64,000 nucleotides of DNA from the human T2T-CHM13v2.0 reference genome, Homo sapiens. Positions within the stretch are counted from its first letter, which is position 1; the number at the start of each line of letters is the position of its first letter. Both the position numbers and the translations under genes were made by a program. Below the pieces are notes generated by a model. It was not told the origin of the DNA and ran no database searches. It was given only the letters and a program-made list of their open reading frames with translations. Positions 21,935 through 42,437 of this stretch are shown here, in pieces. The stretch lies in NCBI RefSeq assembly GCF_009914755.1, contig NC_060935.1; one strand, 5' to 3'.

Positions 21935-22350
21935 TTATAATATCACATTTCCTAGCCTTTCAGAAATAGGCCTATAAGATGTAAGCAAAGGTTATTGAGT
22001 ATGGTTTCTGGGAAAGCTCTCCAAAGGAGGCTAAGCTGAGAGGCATGTCCTTTTGCCTTGCCCCTTCCTACTCTCTGCTGCCTGAAATGTGGATGTGATG
22101 TCTGGAGCTGCAGTAGCCATTTTGGGATCATGAGGTAGCCCCAAGGATGGGAGCCTCATGTTAATGATGGCAGAGAGCAAGATAGAATGAGCCTGGGTCA
22201 CTGATGGCTGTGGACCTGCTGTATCAACCCTGGGCTGGCTAACTCTAGACTTCTTTTCACATGAGAGCAAAATTTAACCTCTCCCTTATTATAGCCACTG
22301 TTATTTTGATTCTCTGTAGCTTGTAGCCAGGTGCAATTCTTAACCGATAG
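21935..22350 (+). mobile_element. MLT1-family LTR fragment
   Basis: gatgtgatgtctggagctgcagtagccattttg...ttgtagccaggtgcaattctaaccgata. Confidence 0.6.
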
Positions 22351-24250
22351 CAAAGCTTTTGAGCACACCTGATGCCTCACTTCCCATCTCTATTCATGAA
22401 TAAAGGGAAGTTTGACATGGATATAGCAGGGTGTCCCTGAGGCATCTGTACTGGGAACAGAGCCTGCTTTTTGTGGGCCTGGGGGCCTTGTGTTGGCTTG
22501 GTCCTGTTTGCAGGAACGGGCATGCCCGCTGGTTTTATCTCTCAGAACTGGAGGAGGAGAATGAAGTCGTTTGGTGCAGAGGTGCCCTGGGAGGGGAAGG
22601 GGCAGCAAGAATGGTGGAGGTGGATGCTGCGAAGTGACGGCTGGGCTGGGGCCTGGGGATCTGTTTCTGGGAGTGGTAGCAAACTTCTGGGCTCAGGCAG
22701 TGTCCCTTCTGGCCTGGGTGACAAAGAACAGTGCAGCTATGGGACAGCACAAAGTCGTGTGTTTCTGCCCCAACCCTAGCCTAACCTTGACTCTCTAGGA
22801 CTGGCAGCCTGGGAACACTGGAGGCCAGCAGAAGCAGGGGATGCAGAGAGGATGGGGCCAGGTGGAAGCCAGGTGTGGGCTTGGACCTGAGCATGTGGGA
22901 GACACTCAACATGCCCTGGAATCCCCAGGGGTGGCAGGTGCTGAGGTGGGCTGTGCTCTGTGGGTGTGCAGCCGGGCACTAAGAATCTTGGTAATTTAGC
23001 TGGAGAGCTTGTTTGTGCCCCGGGTAGCCGAGCTGGACATGCAGGTTGCAGAGGGAGTTGGAAGCTGATGGACTTAATGAACATCGTAAATCCCACGGCA
23101 CTCCCGCATCGTGCCTCCCTGTTGCCTGGTGGAGACTTACCTCTTCAGAAAGCTGGTTTCAGCAATCGCTCCATAAACATCCTTGAAGTTCATGGCCCTC
23201 TTTGCTGTCTCGGAGCTCACGCTGCACTTTCTCAGTCTGTTCCATGTTTGCTGATTGAATCAGCAATTCAGCCATTTGGATTAAAAGGCATACACAATTT
23301 TTTTTTTTTGAAAGCAAAAACATCTTCTGTTGAAGCAGCTCTGCCTGACCTACCATTTGCCAAAGGAGATGTTCTCAGAAACGTGTTGTTGCCAATGCTC
23401 AGAATAAAGATCTGAAAGCCTGTAGCAAGGATCAGAAGCCTCATGGCCAACATCTCTGCATTTATAAAGCATGATTTCTCCTGTGAGTTTGGTGAGGAGA
23501 TATTTTAACCCTCATTTTGCAGATGGAGAAGGTACGGGGAGGTCTTGCATGTGATGATGAGGCCAGTCATTGGTGGAGACTCCAGGTGTCTTTTTATGTC
23601 ATCTCACCATCCCTTAGACTGTTAGCTTCAAGGGAAGATGGGCTCATTATTAGCCCAAATATTGACTTACATAGAATAAAAGTGGTAGCTGATATTTGAG
23701 CATGGACTCTGAGCCTGGCCCAGGACCAAGTGGCTTTGATCTGTGATTTTGTGTAGTGTGTGTAGCTTACCCAGCTCCTGTTCCTCCCACTTGTGCTTTC
23801 TGGTCCCTCCAAGCTTGCTCTAGGTCAGTTGCTGGAATGCACGGGATGCTGGGATAGATGCTCACCCATTTCTGCTGGTCACAGATGAGGAAGCACCTAG
23901 CCCTAATGGCAGCTGGCAGCCAGCCTGTCACCCCAAGGACACCATACCTCAGGGTCCAGCTGAGGCTATGGATGACAGAGGAGAGAGGGAAGAGGTCAAG
24001 TCCTGAGGACACAGCTGAGCTGCTGGATCGAACCAACCCTGAAGTCCACCCTACTGCTGAACTGTCCTTTAGCCAGGCTGCATCTCCATTTATCATTTTA
24101 TTTCTTGGCACCTTCCAGAGCCAAGAGAGAGAATCTTCATGTCCAAGGGTCAGCATGCAGCTCATAGAGGGGCCGGAAATCACAGCTGTGTCTGTGCTAC
24201 TTCTTCCCATCTTCAGGTGCCATGAGTGAATCAGGAAAAGATATTGGTAC

Positions 24251-24622
24251 TGTATTAGTCTGTTCTCATACTGTTAATAAAGACATACCTGAGACTCTGT
24301 AATTTACAAAGGAAAAAGGTTTAATTGACTCACAGTTCCCAGAGCTGGGGAGGCCTCAGGAAACTTACAATAATGAGAGAAGGGAAAGCAAACACGTCCT
24401 TCTTCACAGGGCAGCAGGAGAGAGAAGAATGAGCAAAGATGGAAAGCCCCTTATAGAACCATCAAATCTCATGAGAACTCACTCACTATTATGAGAATAG
24501 CATGGGGGTAACCACCACCATGATTCAATTACCTCCCACCAGGTCCCTCCCACTACATGTGGGGATTATGGAAACTACAATTCAAGATGAGATTTGGGTG
24601 GGGACACAGCCAAAACATATCA
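24251..24622 (-). mobile_element. MSTA-like solo MaLR LTR
   Basis: tgtattagtc...ggggacacagccaaaacatatca; near-TSD GGTAC/GGGAC. Confidence 0.85.
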
Positions 24623-24998
24623 GGGACTAAGGATACCAAGTCACGGGAGTCATCAGCTCAGTTCAATGGTGTGTCAATTAACAAAGTGTTCTGCAGTAAG
24701 AAATCACCCCATCTGGGTGATATGTGTAACTGGCAGAGGAAGTTGGCTCAGTGATGGGGAGCTTCTAAAGAAGCCTGGCCTGGCTGTGGTGTGGGATGTG
24801 GACACTGGCCCAACAGAGGGGCCTGTGGCTCCAGCAGAGGGGACATGCAGGTAGCCGATGGCCCAGAGCAGGGCTGTACTCCTTCCACCACACACCACCA
24901 TTCTTCAGGTGCGGTGACAAGGCAGGGGAAGCTGCTGGGATCTCTTGGGACTTCCAAGGGGCTGAGGTTGTTCATTTACCAGACTTCAGTGGTTACTA

Positions 24999-28500
<3,502 letters not shown>

Positions 28501-28549
28501 CTCGTCAGTTTTTGGAAGATGACAGCACAACATGTCAATAACCATAGTG

Positions 28550-28952
28550 GCCGGCGATCTTGTATCTTTCTTGCTAACAGAAGTCTGGTTTCGTGTGGGG
28601 AGGCAGCATGCTCAGCCTGGGTCCTGACAATAGGATTTCCATCTGATACTCCACCTTCCCAGTCTCTGTTGCAACTGGGGGTGGCCGTGTGATGCGGTTC
28701 TAGCCAAAGAGATGTGAAGAAATGTGAGGAGGAGGGGGTGCTTCTGGGAAACACTTTACTTCTTGATGAGAGGAACACTCCTTTCTTCCCAATAAAAGGC
28801 CAATAAAAGTGGACTTGGCTCCCGGATAACATCTCTGAACTATTTCCCCAAACCCAGAATAGCCCATACCCACGCTGCTGCCTCTTATTGCTTCAGCCTC
28901 TGATATGTAGATTTTCTATTCATTGCATCCAGAGACATTCCTAACGGCTACA
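28550..28952 (+). mobile_element. MLT1I/J-like LTR fragment
   Basis: ccttcccagtctctgttgcaactggggtggccgtgtga...ttgcatccagagacattcctaac. Confidence 0.55.
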
Positions 28953-29314
28953 GCTGTGTGACACCTAGGAAGAAAATTCATTTCTTATTCCATTTCCTAT
29001 CTTAAATTAGGTCAAACGACACTGTGTAATATAACTCCCAGTGGGGTTTGAACATTGAGAACCACATCAAAACCTGCAACATAAGACAGCTGCAAGGTAA
29101 ACAGGAGCCCCCATGATCGAAGTCCAAAAATGCAATACCTTTCTCCCTCTAAGGCAAAGCCCAGATGAATTCAAGTCAAGACCCCTTCCTCTGCAGTGTC
29201 TTACCATGCTCCGCCTTAGGTGGAGGGCCCCACTTGGCTGAAGTGTGGCTTCCCTTGGTGGCAGTTGCAGTCCAGATGGCTCTTCTCCACTTTTGGAGTG
29301 AACTTGATACAGTC

Positions 29315-29573
29315 CTGGAGTGCAGTGGCGTGATCTTGGCTCACTGCAACCTCTGTCTCCAGGGTTCAAGCAATTCCCGTGCCTCAGCCTCCCGGATAGC
29401 TGGAACTACAGGCATGCACCACCACGCCTGGCTAATTTTTGTATTTTTAGTAGAGATGGGGTTTCACAATGTTGGCCAGGCCGGTCTCGAACTCCTGACC
29501 TCAAGTCAAGAGATCTGCCCACCTTGGCTTCCCAAAGTGCTGGGATTATAGGCGTGAGCCACTATGCCCGGCC
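29315..29573 (-). mobile_element. 3'-truncated tail-less AluS flanked by ACAGTC
   Basis: Alu homology starts at ctggagtgcagtgg with no poly(T). Confidence 0.85.
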
Positions 29574-30534
29574 ACAGTCTATGTTTCTAACCTGGACTGA
29601 CTTTTCCAAAGAGCCAGTTCCTGGCACATATGAGATGTTCCTAGCACACTCCACACCCACAAAGTATAAACATCAGACAGACAAAAGCAGCACCTCCATC
29701 ATCACAGCAGCAAACCCAGCAACGCATGGTCCAGAGTCCAGTCCAGAGCCCACTGCGGTGGGCAGCCAGAGGCCTAGAGGAGCTGGCTTAGCTGGAGCAA
29801 AGATGCAGGCACAACGCACCGGCGACAAGAGGAATGATGTTGCACTTCACCAGGAGACGAGAGTCCACGACCCAGGAATTGAAACTCCACTGGTGGAAAT
29901 TGCCCAATGAGAGGCAAACTGTGTCCCCTGCCGTCCGTATCCACCCAGGCTCACAGCTTCCTCTGAGAGCAGCGGGGGGACAGTTGTCTTCTTGGGTCAC
30001 TTAACATTTGCAGTGAAGTCATTCCTGGAGCCCTTACCTAGGGCTCCCCGCCCCTCCCCCACCTTGTGCTCATCCTGCTTATTCAAAGGCTCTTAATTTT
30101 GATGAGTTTCCCACTCCTCCGGCAGGCCCTTCTCAGAGCTGCATGCTTGATTCTCTGCAGTTCCGGTGGTGTCCTGCTTTGCCCTCTAAGCTTCTCCTTC
30201 CTCAGCGAGATCTGCAGGAGGCTTACAGCTCTGGGCCGTGAAGTCTCAGCAGCTGCTCAGGAATTCCCGGGGCCCTCCAAGGGGCCTCAGACCCGAGGTG
30301 TCTCCGCTGCAGAGTCACCGTGGAATATTCCTGATCCAAAGCAGCTGCCAATGCCTCAGACGCCTGTGCCCCCAGAGGGCCAGGGGCAGCTGTGTGTCTT
30401 TTCCCAGGGGCTTTTGAATTTCCTAGGACTTATTTTTAGAGCTGCAACAGAAGCCCTCCTTTCTGCCACTCCGTCTCTGCAGCAGTGGGGGTCAGGCTTC
30501 CGGTGTTTATTTCCATCCATGATTCCTCCCCAAC

Positions 30535-30700
30535 TGAGGTTCCCAACCGCAGCAGCTCATTGGAATCGCGAGTCTACCGATGCTCAGACCCCACTCCAGG
30601 GATCCTGATGAATTGATCTGGGGTGAGAGCAGGGGAGGGGCCTGCATCAGCATCTTAAAATTCCTCAGTGGTTGTAGCAGCCAGATGGAAAACCGAGGCT
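30535..30700. mobile_element. MER5-type hAT MITE
   Basis: gatgctcagaccccactccag...ttgatctggggtg pattern. Confidence 0.55.
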
Positions 30701-30723
30701 TTTCCAGGGGTGCAGCTAGGTTG

Positions 30724-31799
<1,076 letters not shown>

Positions 31800-32522
31800 T
31801 AGCAACTCATGGTGGTCCAGTGATATATGGAGTTTTTGGCCCAAATTTGAATCACTGTGGACCCATCAGGTCCGTGAACTTACCCCATGCTAATATATTT
31901 CCCCAGTTCCTGAATGTACAGTTGGAGTAGGCGTTCCTGGCAACAGGCAGAATCTCCACTTGGGCTCTCTGACCTGCAAAGAAAGATCCATGAAGATAAG
32001 AAGGGCCATGTGGGAGACCCTGGAGCTTCCCCTCCCTCTGAGCTAGGAAGTCAGAGCAATGCGAATTCCTGGGCAGCTGCTCTGAGATTACACAGCCATG
32101 AAAGACGTGAGGGTGGCAGGGGAGGTGATTCCTAGCACAGCCCCATTCACATGTCTGTTTGATCTGTGCAGAAGGTGGAAGGGTCCTGGGTCCTGGAGGA
32201 CTGTGCGTTGCTGTAAACGTAGCCAGGTGGTGACTCCACCTGCAGCTGCGGCTCTAGGTGCAGTATCTTCCCTGGAGCAAAACAGCATACCCCTGGCACC
32301 TGCTATGCAGCTTTTGACCCATCCAAGTATTTTTTCTGTATAGCAGTTTTCAAGGACCACCAAAAGCAGTTTGCTTTTATCTGTCACCTTCACAGTCTTG
32401 CCTCAGGGCCACGTCAACCCTTCTACTTTCTGCCACAGTATAGTTGGCAGAGATCTTATTCTCTGCATTCCACAGGACATGATACTGGTCTACTACCTGG
32501 GAAACATTATGTTGATTGGGCC

Positions 32523-32891
32523 TGCTATGATCTCAATGTCTATCCCCTCCAAAACTCATGTCGAAATTTAATTGCCACTGGGATGGTATTGGGAGGTGAG
32601 ACCTTTAAGAGGTGTTTAGGTCATGAGGGCCCCACCCTCATGAATGGGCTAATGCTATTATTGGCAGAGTGGGTTTGTTATTGAGGGAGTGAGTTCGCCC
32701 TTTCTTGCCCTCTCTCGCTCTCTCTTTGATCTTCCACCATGTTATGACACAGCAAGAAGGCCCTTGCCAGATGCTGGTCCCTCGATCTCAGGCTTTCCAG
32801 CCTCCAGAATCATAAGTCAATACACTTCTGATCATTATGAATTATCCAGTCTGTGGTATTCTGTTTTAACAGCACAAAATGGACCAAGACA
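32523..32891 (+). mobile_element. MST(C/D)-like solo LTR inserted in RT, TSD GGGCC
   Basis: TG...CA termini; GGGCC at 32518-32522 and 32892-32896. Confidence 0.85.
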
Positions 32892-33144
32892 GGGCCTGAG
32901 GAGCAAGAAGCAGCAGATACTTTCATGTACATTAGTAAGACAAATGAAAATGAGATGGGGGAGATGAACCCCATAATAATTCAGGGGTCTGTCACCTCAG
33001 GGAGGTTGATGGGGCACCAATAGTCTGAAGCATGTCAAGATATCCCCTCCAAAGTGAAGGATATGTTGCTGCATCTGGACCACCTACCACAAAAATAATG
33101 GAGGTTTGCATACATCACATTTGAGAGTTTTACTCCAACCCATT

Positions 33145-33325
33145 TGATCAGAAATGTATTGGCTTATGGTTCTGGAGGATGGAAAGTACAAGATCAAGGG
33201 ACCAGCATCTGGCAAGGGCCTTCTTGCTGCATCATAACATGGAATAAGGGCAAAGAGTGAGTGAGAAAGGGCAAGAGGGGGCAAACTCACTCCCTCAATA
33301 ACAAGCCCACTCCCTCAATAATAAT
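33145..33325 (-). repeat. Inverted partial copy of the adjacent MST LTR
   Basis: Reverse complement of ~32655-32834. Confidence 0.85.
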
Positions 33326-33594
33326 AATGCAATAGGTGCCAGTTTTGAGTGGGGACCAAATCAAGAGAAGACTCTGCAGCCAGTCCAGCCTGCACAGCAA
33401 GTGCTCTTCCTTTGGGCCTTGTGACTCCACAGACTGATGATGCTCAGAATGTGCTTGTGAACAGGGATGCTGCTGTCAAGCATGGGCTGCAGGCAAGTGT
33501 CAGGAAGAGGATCACTGTGCAGGCCTCCAGGGTTCTCGTGCAAGTCCATGCCCTCTTCTGCAACAGAGTATTCTCCTTTACAGAAACAATTCCT

Positions 33595-33909
<315 letters not shown>

Positions 33910-33988
33910 AGAAACAGTTTCTGGCTTATAGCTGTGCCCTGGTAGGGACTGAACACTGGACATCAAGTGACCATGTGGCCTGAGCATC

Positions 33989-34420
33989 TGTTTCAGAAGG
34001 TTGGGTTCCCACGAAACATACCGGGAGGTGAAGATTTGTGGGCAAGGGGTTTATTGGGAAGTACTCTTGGAAATAACACCCATAAGGGAGTGAAGGAGAT
34101 GGGATTGTGAAGAGGGAAATGTTGAACTATGACAAAGTTGCAACAGAGGGCTAGCTAATTCCCCGGGGAACTCTGGAACTGGGTTAGCTCTTCAGCCATA
34201 TCCCAGATTCAGGCAAGAGAGTTAAGCCATTGCACCCCTACATCGACTAGCCATTGGAAGCAGGCTTCCTCCAGGGTGGGGTCACATCCGTGGGTGAGGC
34301 AACTCCCTGCTGCTGAGGGCCAGGGCCAGAGGGTGACTCAGCTGTGAACCGTCTTGGCAGCTGGGGAACGAGGGCCCCAGTCCTGGAGGTGGGATCTCCC
34401 TGAACACCTCAGTATCCAAG
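33989..34420 (-). mobile_element. LTR16-family (ERVL) solo LTR nested antisense in pol
   Basis: gggtttattgggaagtactcttggaaataacacc...gactcagctgtgaaccgtc typical of LTR16. Confidence 0.7.
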
Positions 34421-34804
34421 GTGTCCAGTGGAAAGTGGGTGTTATCAGACCCACCAAGCCCTGAGGTCAGCCGGTGAGGCTGAATCTATCCTCAAGTGGG
34501 AATGTGCAGAGGCACAGGTAAGTTGCAGGAGCAGGTGGCTCAGACTCCTTTGACACCGCTGATCCCCACCTATGGCCTTAGGGATGTGTGATTGAGAACA
34601 CTTGTTGGGTTTAGTTTATAGGTGATTTTGCATAATATCCTGGCATTGACTGGAAGTGGGTGCCTGCCATGTGACAGCCTCATTCAGGGGGTGCTCTGAA
34701 GGATATTGAAAGACATAGTCAAGCAGAACTCTAGGGGTCCCACTTTGGACTGACAGAGGATCTGGATCTACAGTCATTCATGGGCAATTGCTAATGGTTT
34801 AGCT

Positions 34805-35018
34805 CAGAAGTTGGCAAACCACAGCCCACAGGTCAAGTCTGGCCACCCTCTGATTTTGTAAATAAAAGGTGTTTTTGGCACTCAGCCACGCCCATGTGTT
34901 TGCTTTTTGTGCTGCTTTCATGCGACAACAGCAGAGTTGCATAGTTGCAACGGAGAACAAATGGTCCACAGAGCCTAAAACATTTATAAATTTGATAGAA
35001 AAAGTTTGCTAACCCCTG
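34805..35018 (+). mobile_element. MER58A hAT MITE in RNase H region, 8-bp TSD G(T/C)TTAGCT
   Basis: cagaagttggcaaac...gtttgctaacccctg termini. Confidence 0.85.
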
Positions 35019-36084
35019 GCTTAGCTGAATGGTCAGGGATTTGGGAAAAACAGAATTGGAAGATGGTGACATGCAGTGTGGGTAGGAAATACGTGGAGCG
35101 CTGAGAATGGGCACAGAATGCAAAGATGTTTGTTTCCAATGCGGATGCCCCGCAGAGGGCACCCCCGGCAGAGGAGCTCTTCAGAGCCAGGTGGACACAA
35201 TGATGAGAGCGTGAGGGAGAATTTCTCTGTGGATGTCAGTTATCCTCTTTCCCCAGCCAGCCCAGTGCTTGCCCATTGTGTCCATGTTCAACGTGGCCAT
35301 GGTGGCAGAGATGGAGGTTATGCAGGGGTTCAGCGGCGAATGTGTACTTCTCGGCACCAGGGCTTCTGGATAACGCTACTGCTGAGTGCCCGGCCTGCCA
35401 AGAGCAGAGACTGACACTGAGCCCCTGATACGGTGCATCCAGTGCACCAGGCAGCCTGCTAGCAGGTTGATTACTTGAACCCTTTCTATTATGGAGGGGA
35501 TGGAGATTTGTTTTCACTGGAAAAGACTCATACTCTGGAGATGTGTTTGCCATCCCTGCTCGTAATGCTTCTGCCAGCATCATCATCTGTGGACTTTGTG
35601 AGTCTTATTCACCATCATGGTACAACATTGCTTCTGATCAAGGAATCCATTTCATGACAAAAGAAATGTGACAATAGCTTTATGGTCATGAGGTTCTCCG
35701 GTCCTACCAAATACTCCATCACCCAGAAGCAGCTGGCCTCATGGAATGGTGGAATAGCTCAGGGAAGACTTATTCAGTAAGTCATCATCAGCTGGGAGAC
35801 GACACCCCGACAGGAGGGAGTTCTGTCTTACATGAGACAGATATGCTTTGAATCAGTGACCAATTTATGTTGTTGTTGCTTCTCCATGGCCAGAAAACAT
35901 GGTCCAGGAATCAAGGGATGGAATGAGAGTGGCTTCTCTCATTAAAACTAATATCCCATTCATAGATTTTATTTTCTCCCGTGTCAGCAACTTTGAACCC
36001 CACTGGTTTGAAAATCTTAGTTCCCAAGGAGAGAATGCTTCCCCCAGGGGACACCATTGTTTTATTGAATCAAAAGTTGAGATG

Positions 36085-36400
<316 letters not shown>

Positions 36401-36763
36401 CAAGTTGAGATGGGGTTCTCAGCCACTGGACCAACAGGCAAAAGACAGGGTTACTGTACTGACTGGGATTACTGGCCCCAATACCAAGGGGAAAGGGGGT
36501 TCCTGCTGTGTGAGGCATATTTCCTCCCCTCCTCTTCCTCATTTTATTTTATTTTATCATTACATCATGTGATTATATTATTTTATGTAAGCTTTACAAA
36601 TTTTAACTTTTTGATTTAGTCTTTAGGTAGCAGAATTTTCAGATGGGATGGTGACTGACTCAGGAATAACTAACGCGTCCTGAAGACGGATGGTGTGTTT
36701 ATCTCCCAGGATGAACCCAGTGACTGCTGGGACTTCGCATCTTCTCATTTTGGGGAGACGGTG

Positions 36764-37167
36764 CGTTATGGATTGAATTGTGTCTCCCCAAAATTCATAT
36801 GCCAAAGCCCTAATTCTTAATGAAGACATTTGAAGATAGTGTCTTTAGGGAGGTGATCAAGATTAAATGAGGTCATAAGGTGAGCCTGAATCCTATAGGA
36901 CTGGTGTCCTTATAAGAAAAAGAAGAGACTCAGATCTCCCCCCAACCTCACTCTCCTTGTGCACACAGAGGAAAGGCCACGTGAGGACACAGTGAGAAGG
37001 CGGCTGTTTATGAGCCAGGAAGAGGCTTCATCCCACCAAAAATCAACCTGATAGTAGTACCTTGATCTTGGGCTTCTGGCCTACAGAACTCTGAGAAAAT
37101 AAATTTCTGTTGTTTAAGCCACCCGGGCTGTGGCATTTTGTTATGGCAGCCTGAGCAGACTAACACA
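36764..37167 (+). mobile_element. MLT1B-like solo LTR
   Basis: gttatggattgaattgtgtctccccaaaattcatatg...aataaatttctgttgtttaagcc...gcagactaacaca. Confidence 0.8.
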
Positions 37168-37307
37168 GAGTGAGAATGTCTTTCTTTGTATGAAGGATAG
37201 TTTCATCTTGTTATGTAGAGACACAGAGTTATTTTTGTTGTTGTACAGAACTCCAAAAATATATGCAGAGGGGTGTTCACGAATGCAGAGTAGCCAAAGG
37301 GGTAGAC

Positions 37308-38267
<960 letters not shown>

Positions 38268-38968
38268 GACCTGGATCATTGCAGATTCTGCCTTGTGGAT
38301 TCCCCATAATGAGAGAGATAAAATAATTAGAGTCTGATTTTGCCGAAAGTACCTGTTGTTCCAAAAAGCCCTCCCCATCCTCAGCCCAACACCTTCTCTC
38401 TGCCCAACATCTAAGCCAGTCGTGACTGCACCCAGAGTGCTGCTTGGCTCTGAACCCCCAGCTCCTAGGATGGACCAGGCACATCGCCTCAGGGCTCAGA
38501 CCACTCCTGCTTCCCCACCTAACATCACAGGGTCACCGTGAAATTCAAGGTCCAGCCTGTTCTGTGATTATCTTTCTGGACTCTTCTCACAACTGCCAAG
38601 TTTTCTGTAACCACTCCTGGGGTCTCCAGCTCCTTAAAGGAGGCCCCCCCACAATGAGAGCTTCAGGAGGAGGGAGGATTTTGAGGAGCACCTGTCCTGG
38701 AATCTCCCGGGTGGGCCATTCCAGCTGACTCTGGAGGTGTTCTAGTTACCCCTGTTAGATTTCTCATCTCCAAGTCACCTCCCCAATCCAGTGACAATAA
38801 AAGAAGGCTTCCTTCTCCTAGTTCCTTCTGCCAGGGCACTTAGGAGGGTGGGATGGCAAAATTTCCCTTGCCCCCATTCCTACCTGCCTCCCCTGACCTC
38901 TAAGGGCCCAACTCTTCTCCTAAGGCAATTCCCCTCTTCCTCCAGTTCAGCCAGGATGACTTCCTTAA

Positions 38969-39940
<972 letters not shown>

Positions 39941-40563
39941 TAAGGTCTTCATGTCTCAGTCTCCTCATCGCAAAATGCATATAATAGATTACCCTATCTC
40001 AGAGGCAGGGTGTGAGGATTTGATGGGCTAACCCACAGAACGCTGAGAAATGTCCCCGTCACAAAGCAAGCACCCACTGAGTATTCACTGTGATCATTAT
40101 TCTTGACTTCACCCCAAGAAGAAGACTCATTCCCCGGAAGGGAGTTGAATCAAATACACATTTAGCTTTTGCAGATTGTATTAAATGTAGCTGGTGGAAA
40201 AAGGAGAAAGAATCATTTACATATTGCTGAGCTCCTGTTGGAGGCAGGTCCCTCAATGGGCCTCCTGGAGTGGGCAGGAGAGGCCCCTCTGGGATGCAGC
40301 TCCCTAGCATGACCCCAGGGCCAGCGTGTCACAGCTGACTGCCAGTGGAGGATTTGCAGACCACGTTTTCCACATAGTGCAGCCTCAGTGCGAGCCAGCT
40401 GCAGCCCTGGAGGGAAGCCCAGCTGTGCCGGACTTCCTGAGAGATGAGGACTCCAAAATAGCATCTTCCAGAGGGATTTTTCGAGGGTCACTGATTCCAC
40501 GTGATTTTTGCCTCCTGCTTTGGAATCTAACTCTGTGTAATGCCATGTATACAGCAGGGGCCC

Positions 40564-40950
40564 TGTGGAGTAAGGGGTTAACTCAACAGGCCTGGGCTGC
40601 CCAAACCCTGCACATTCCAAAGAGAGGACTGGCCCTTGCCTGGCCCCTGGGAGATAAGCTCTGCGCCCTTGGAATATCCTGCCTAACAGGAGTGTTTTTT
40701 TCACCTGGGGCCTTGGGCCACCTGAGACAGTTTATGCCAGCAATGTGATTTATGGCGAATGCCTGTTTTTTTTCGCCTGGGGCCCTGGGCCAGGCTGTAT
40801 CAGTCTGCCTTAAGCTAGGGCTGGAGATGAAATAGTTAAGGTCAGTCACGTGGGTGCCACATGCCTCTATGACTGACCCCTAATAAGACTTGGGACATTA
40901 GGGCTTGGCTGAGCATCTCTGGTTGCAATATTTCGTATGTGTTGTCACAC
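40564..40950 (+). mobile_element. MER77/MER21-group LTR fragment
   Basis: tgtggagtaaggggttaactcaacaggcctgggctgcccaaaccctgcacattccaaag. Confidence 0.7.
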
Positions 40951-40983
40951 CTCTATGGACTGAATCTCTGTGTCCCCCTAAAA

Positions 40984-41285
<302 letters not shown>

Positions 41286-41677
41286 CATCCTTTTTCTAAA
41301 GAGCTCCCCACCTCCATTCTATTAGGCTCAGGGGTCACAAAACCTAGCTCCACCCGGAATTCCTGGCCTCTGGAAGGGCCGGCTCAGGAGAAGGGCCCAT
41401 GGGCTTCAGGGTAAATCCCGTCCCTGCCAAAGGTCAGAGTTGAACCCTTGGGGCTTTTGCAATTTAAACTCCAGGTTTGCTAAGCTGGCTTAGAAATTGA
41501 GTGAGGAGGGAAAGCAAATTAATGAGCAAAATTCCGCAGTGGACTCCCAGGGCCTCGCGCCCCACAAAAGACCCACGCACCGAGCTTGGACTGGGTCTCA
41601 GCTCAGGGGCCTTCTGCGCTTGTGGAGTGTGAGCTCCTGGACAAGCCTTGACTCATCCTAAGATGAAACCCTTCCCC

Positions 41678-41963
41678 TGTGTGTGTCTGTGTGTGTGAGT
41701 CTATGTGTGGGAGTGTGTGTGTCTGTGTGTGTCTGTCTCTGTGTGTGTGTGTGAATGTGTGTGTCTCTGTGTCTGTGTGTGTGTGTCTGTGTTCATGTCT
41801 GTGTGTGTCTGTGTATATGTCTGTGTGTGTCTGTGTATATGTCTGTGTGTCTGTGTATGTGTGTGTGTGTCTGTGTCTATGTGTGTATGGGTGTGCCTGT
41901 GTGCCTGCGTATGTCTGTGTTTCTGTGTGTCTCTGTGTGTGTGTGTGTGTATGTCTGTGTGTG
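41678..41963. repeat. (TG)n/(TGTGTC)n compound microsatellite
   Basis: Read directly. Confidence 0.95.
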
Positions 41964-42139
41964 TTTTCCTAAATTCTTTGTTTTTCTGTCACTCCATCTG
42001 CTGTGGCACACCCTTCAATATCAGCTGGAATTGCGATAAAAGCCAGTCGCATCCTGCACAGGCTCAAGACCTGTAGGTGGCCAGAAACACTGATCCTTCC
42101 TCATAGTCCTCAGAGCCCCAAAAGCCAGTCCTTCCAAGG

Positions 42140-42437
42140 TTTGTTTTTGTTTTTTGAGATAGGATCTCGTTCAACAGAACAGCCCAGGCTGGAGTGCAGT
42201 GGTGGCAAGATCACGGCTCACTGCTGCCTCAACCTCCCAGCCTCAAGTGAGCCTCCCTCCTCAGCCTCCAAATAGCTAGGTGCACACCACCACACCAGGC
42301 TAATTTAAAAATTTTTTTGTAGAGTTAGGGTCTTGCCATGTTGCCCAGGCTGGTCTCGAACTCCTGGGCTGAAGTGATTCTCCCACCATGGCCTCCCAAA
42401 GTGTTGGGATTACAGGTGTGAGCCACCTCGCCTGGCC
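42140..42437 (-). mobile_element. AluJ
   Basis: Reverse consensus. Confidence 0.85.

Noticed and set aside
29320-29910. 196-aa ORF
   Set aside because: N-terminal half is Alu-derived and the rest has no recognisable domain
41679-42076. Cys/Val-rich metallothionein-like ORFs
   Set aside because: Translation of a (TG)n microsatellite
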